Below, in pieces: positions 9,270 to 11,977 of a DNA stretch of 11,977 bases. The notes beneath the pieces are model-generated. The model saw only the letters and a list, made by a program, of their open reading frames with translations. It had not been told where the DNA came from and did no database searches. This DNA is from Octopus sinensis (lineage: Eukaryota), in assembly GCF_006345805.1 (NCBI RefSeq), contig NW_021826736.1, positions 1 to 11,977 of the forward strand. The letters run 5' to 3'. A program made the translations under genes and the position numbers. The stretch's first letter is position 1. Each line of letters begins with the position of its first letter.

Positions 9270-9700
9270 AAATGTATGTTATGCTATTATTCAGTTTAAT
9301 TTCTAGATTTCAAGCCAAAACAGAAATAGGTATTTAGGTAGTGTGTTACATATCCCAGAGCTCCAATAATTACAGGTATAAACTTGAACTTTTAATCTGG
9401 ATAGAGTAATTGAAGATTTATCAATAGTTCAGCGTAGATATTCGCTTTTTACTGATCTTCAACTTTATGTTAACATACATTGGGCAGCTAATTTCCACAA
9501 CTGTGCACAGTTTCACTTCCTACTCCCAAATCATAATGTCGGGTCTACTGTGCTTACATTTTATTGAGGTCTTCACTGGGACATTCCGTCAATACTCCTT
9601 TTTATTATGAGTGACTATGGTTTCTACCATATTGTAGGTTCTTATTTCTTTGTCCCCGGGGTTATCCTTCCGACGGATTTCATTATAGAGTATCCTGTAT
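9270..9700 (-). mobile_element. 3' end of an REL-endonuclease non-LTR retrotransposon (R4/Dong-like), decayed
   Basis: ...KTSIKCKHSRPDIMIWE*EVKLCTVVEISCPMYVNIKLKISKK, then a frameshift to IYAELLINLQLLYPD*KFKFIPVIIGALGYVTHYL. RPD at 9538-9546 and VEI at 9490-9498 are the PD-(D/E) nuclease motifs. Confidence 0.88.
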
Positions 9701-9723
9701 GCATGTATGTATGTATATATGTA

Positions 9724-10033
9724 TGCAATGGCGTGAAGATGTTTTACGAGAAGAAACCTGAGTCGACTCCAACTTCAAACTACCCGACGTGTGGAATTCG
9801 CTGTTCAACATGTCTCTTTTGTACCGCATCACACGGTCCCTACATAACGAGAAAATAGGTAGAAATATTTCTTTGAGAAACCAATTTTCCCTGTTAATAT
9901 CATTTTTTTTCCACGTGAAATTTTCTCCTGACGGAGACGAAATGTGTTCGTGTGTTCGATAGCTGCTAGACAACTGTGTCTGTGTGTTCGACACACGTAA
10001 AGCTCTCTGTTGCGAACTCAGTATTTCACTACG
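9724..10033 (+). mobile_element. Putative 5' LTR of the Gypsy-like element
   Basis: Starts TGCAATG (9724) and ends CACTACG (10033), consistent with decayed TGTAGTG...CACTACA termini. It is followed immediately by TGG (PBS-like) and lies upstream of a gag remnant. Confidence 0.5.
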
Positions 10034-10259
10034 TGGCATATCTTTTCTTTTGTCAGGCATATCTACGTGGAATATCTTCTCTTTTGCATTTTCTTTTATC
10101 CTAGTCCTTGTCTCCTGATATTTTTTCACGTCGGAGGACAGTTATCATGTTTACTCGCGACCACGTGTTGAATTTTCTTCCACATATCTTTTCTGGTCTT
10201 TTGACACGTCCCGCTCGTTTTCCTTCCTCCAGACGTGTATTACGTTTTTCCCGCCGAAG

Positions 10260-10920
10260 ATCAGCCACATCACTCTGCCCCGCTATCATGGCTGCCCTAA
10301 GATGTGGTTTGCCCAGCTGGAATTATACTTCGTATCCAATAACATTCAGTCAGCTCAGCAGAGATTGCACATCGTATCGAGTGGGATTCCTTCGCCGTTA
10401 GCGCTCAGAAACCTAACTACCGACACGCCACCAGATGCCCCCTACGACAGTATAAAAGCGGAGGTCCTTTTCAGGAATTCTAAATCTTCCGAGAGTTGCT
10501 TCCGCACGCTCTTGGAGGATAGAATCCCCACAGAATTTTTATGCAAAATTCACGAGCTGGCCGACGGCTCAACAGGAGAAAATTATTTCCTGAAGGAACT
10601 ACTTTTCTCTCGGTTTCCACCCAAAATATAGTCCATCCTAGGGTAACTCTCTTGAACAAATAGCTACACCTGCGGATAGGATGCCGAAATTCTTCAAGCC
10701 CACATCGTCTGCTGACAAGGTAGTAGCAATTACTTCTTCCACAGGTACCCGGAATTCTTCTTCGACTGACTTGCCATCACAACCAGAAACCCTGAAGGCA
10801 ATTGAGGGTTTAGCGCAGCAAGTTTCGCGGTTGTGCCATGTGCGTTCCTCTTCTTCCCGATTGTCTTCCAGGAATCGTTTTAGGCGTCGTTCTTCTTCTC
10901 ATGTCGGAATAAAACCTTGA
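10260..10920 (+). mobile_element. Ty3/Gypsy-like gag pseudogene (capsid region); no pol or 3' LTR in the window
   Basis: ITLPRYHGCPKMWFAQLELYF...LTTDTPPDAPYDSIKAEVLFRNSKSSESCFRTLLEDRIPTEFL...LLFSRFPPKI*SIL, then a frameshift to LEQIATPADRM...IEGLAQQVSRL...RSSSSRLSSRNRFRRRSSS. This is the typical LP...WFAQ...PP..PY..LK...DR.PS...LF...LP..I..IL...AD pattern with an RS-rich tail. Confidence 0.88.
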
Positions 10921-10924
10921 ACGT

Positions 10925-11290
10925 GAAGCTGTTCACACAGGATAAGAGTTATTGTCTTTTACTGCACATAGGCATTTCATGGTTATTGGATTTATGACAC
11001 AGTTCATTTATTGAAGTGTTAAATCTTTATTAGCGACATCCCTCGCTAAAAATTCCAAGATCGAACGGTGGGTCGTTATGTCTTTTACGAATGTAGCTCC
11101 TTTTCCATTTGTCTCGACTACTCAGCCAAAAATCAGTACCATGTCATTCTGATATACCCTGAATATACCCTGAAGCGATTGTACTAATACTGCATAAATC
11201 GCTGCATATAAATATGCAACAATATACAATTAGTGTAATCGAAACACGAGTCGGACAATTGTTATGAATAAAAAATGTCTGAGCGTTCAA
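10925..11290 (-). pseudogene. Possible degenerate C-type-lectin-like domain (N-terminal part of the decayed receptor)
   Basis: A single frame reads HNNCPTRVSITLIVYCCIFICSDLCSISTIASGYIQGISE*HGTDFWLSSRDKWKRSY...FSEGCR**RFNTSINELCHKSNNHEMPMCSK. The CP...YC...L.SI...FWL...C...C...C pattern fits, but the spacing is imperfect. Confidence 0.4.
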
Positions 11291-11380
11291 AATTCTTCAT
11301 TCTCCTTATTAGCAATATACATACATACATACACATACATATATTCAAATAAGGGAACAGGAATGGCATAATGAGCTACA

Positions 11381-11463
11381 TTAGCTTACATCTGTTTCTG
11401 CTGTATTATACTGTGCACTTAGACTAAGTGGTTGTGCATCACCTTATAGCTTCCTCGGAGCGT
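11381..11463 (-). ncRNA. Degenerate type-I hammerhead-ribozyme-like motif
   Basis: Minus strand: GCT-CCGAGGA (11452-11458; CUGANGA with U>C) - long stem II - GAAAC (11394-11398) - AGAT - GTA - AGC. Stem I GCT/AGC is only 3 bp. Probably inactive. Confidence 0.35.
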
Positions 11464-11759
11464 CTAAACTGAAATGTAAGTTTTTTTGAGTAAGTATTTA
11501 TATACATGTAAAAACAAATACCAACAAAAAGGTTAAAAATACAGAAGAAAAGGATTGTAGAGTTTGAAGGATAGCAGCCACTTCCAGAAATCTGTACACC
11601 GAGATAATTTTGTATGTATATTCATATGAGCGTAATGGACACTTGTATAAATAACTTCACATGAACACATAAATAATTGACGGAATATGTATACGATGAT
11701 ACACATTTAAACATAGCTCTTATGACTGATCATAAGAATTCAGATAAAAGAATTAATGG

Positions 11760-11915
11760 AGAGGTAAAGGGAGACAGAAAGTGAGAGAGAGAGAGAAGGA
11801 GACAGAGAGCGTGATAGAGTTGACAATCAAGAGAGAGAGAGAGAGAGAGAGTGAGAGAGAGAGTCAGACAGAGAAAGAGAAAGAGTGGGAGGGAGGGAGA
11901 GAGGAGAAAAAAATT
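11760..11915. repeat. (GA)n-rich purine tract
   Basis: Directly visible. Confidence 0.9.
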
Positions 11916-11977
11916 GAGATATAAAATGGTGTGGTAATGTCATAAAAACTGTCACGATTTAGTGGTTTTAAGGACTC

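Larger units (their letters stand above)
1440..11290 (-). pseudogene. Fragmented pseudogene of a large LRR-containing GPCR (GRL101/LGR-like), interrupted by many TE insertions
   Basis: LRR-consensus fragments on the minus strand only, in order: TFIDLYHLLLLSL (ORF 8722-8973), NLTSLRNLLL (8582-8611), IFGRLIHTTLRYLQL (ORF 8194-8481), ELSGLFGKNFRLVFL and LNVLTDRCVEGDLLLRS (ORF 7465-7722), EPVFNAISSVNRMSFYN (7294-7344), VEK*TFSGMV (7076-7105), LKELFLS (7050-7070), FNGFSN*QTLEY (~6999-7034), ASHNNLTTIE (6689-6718), TILFKQNKIK (5656-5685), PTRFTDLAS* (5334-5363), SYDSFTRFN*FTGVLLDLSN (5159-5218), INLTNRIK (4001-4024), SYREMELLKLLI (3926-3961), KQLKFISVKSYRSYIYLRFL (2879-2938). These are followed by a hinge and TM-like segments. 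Many stops and frameshifts. Recognised by eye, not by HMM. Confidence 0.7.

Noticed and set aside
8966-9337. Three overlapping LSIY-repeat ORFs
   Set aside because: They are a (CTAT)n artefact.
9683-10289. Minus-strand ORFs of 148 aa and 62 aa, and plus ORF 10108-10401
   Set aside because: They are antisense or out of frame to the LTR/leader/gag of the Gypsy remnant, with no recognisable domain.
1440-11290. Rescue of the fossil gene by cephalopod A-to-I editing or Sec readthrough
   Set aside because: Editing could turn stops into Trp but cannot fix the many frameshifts and TE insertions.

Overview
AT-rich eukaryotic genomic DNA dense in microsatellites and transposon remnants. The SINE/LINE and (TA)n/(TATG)n/(CTAT)n landscape resembles an octopus (cephalopod) genome; this is inferred from repeat style, not proven. 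I found no intact protein-coding gene, and most ORFs in the track are microsatellite or antisense artefacts. The main hidden structure is on the minus strand. The 'unique' DNA between repeats, from about 11290 down to about 1440, reads across stops and frameshifts as one decayed receptor gene: a possible C-type-lectin-like N-terminus, a very long LRR array, a CC hinge, and TM1-TM3 of a GRL101/LGR-like GPCR (TM2 motif DFLMG). It is cut into pieces by a Ty3/Gypsy LTR+gag remnant, two REL-endonuclease (R4/Dong-like) LINE 3' ends, an RTE-like LINE 3' end, several tRNA-derived SINEs (some nested) and microsatellites. Just beyond its TM3 end lies a Tc1 (DD34E) transposon, apparently inserted into a SINE's internal microsatellite. 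A degenerate hammerhead-ribozyme-like fold lies near 11.4 kb.
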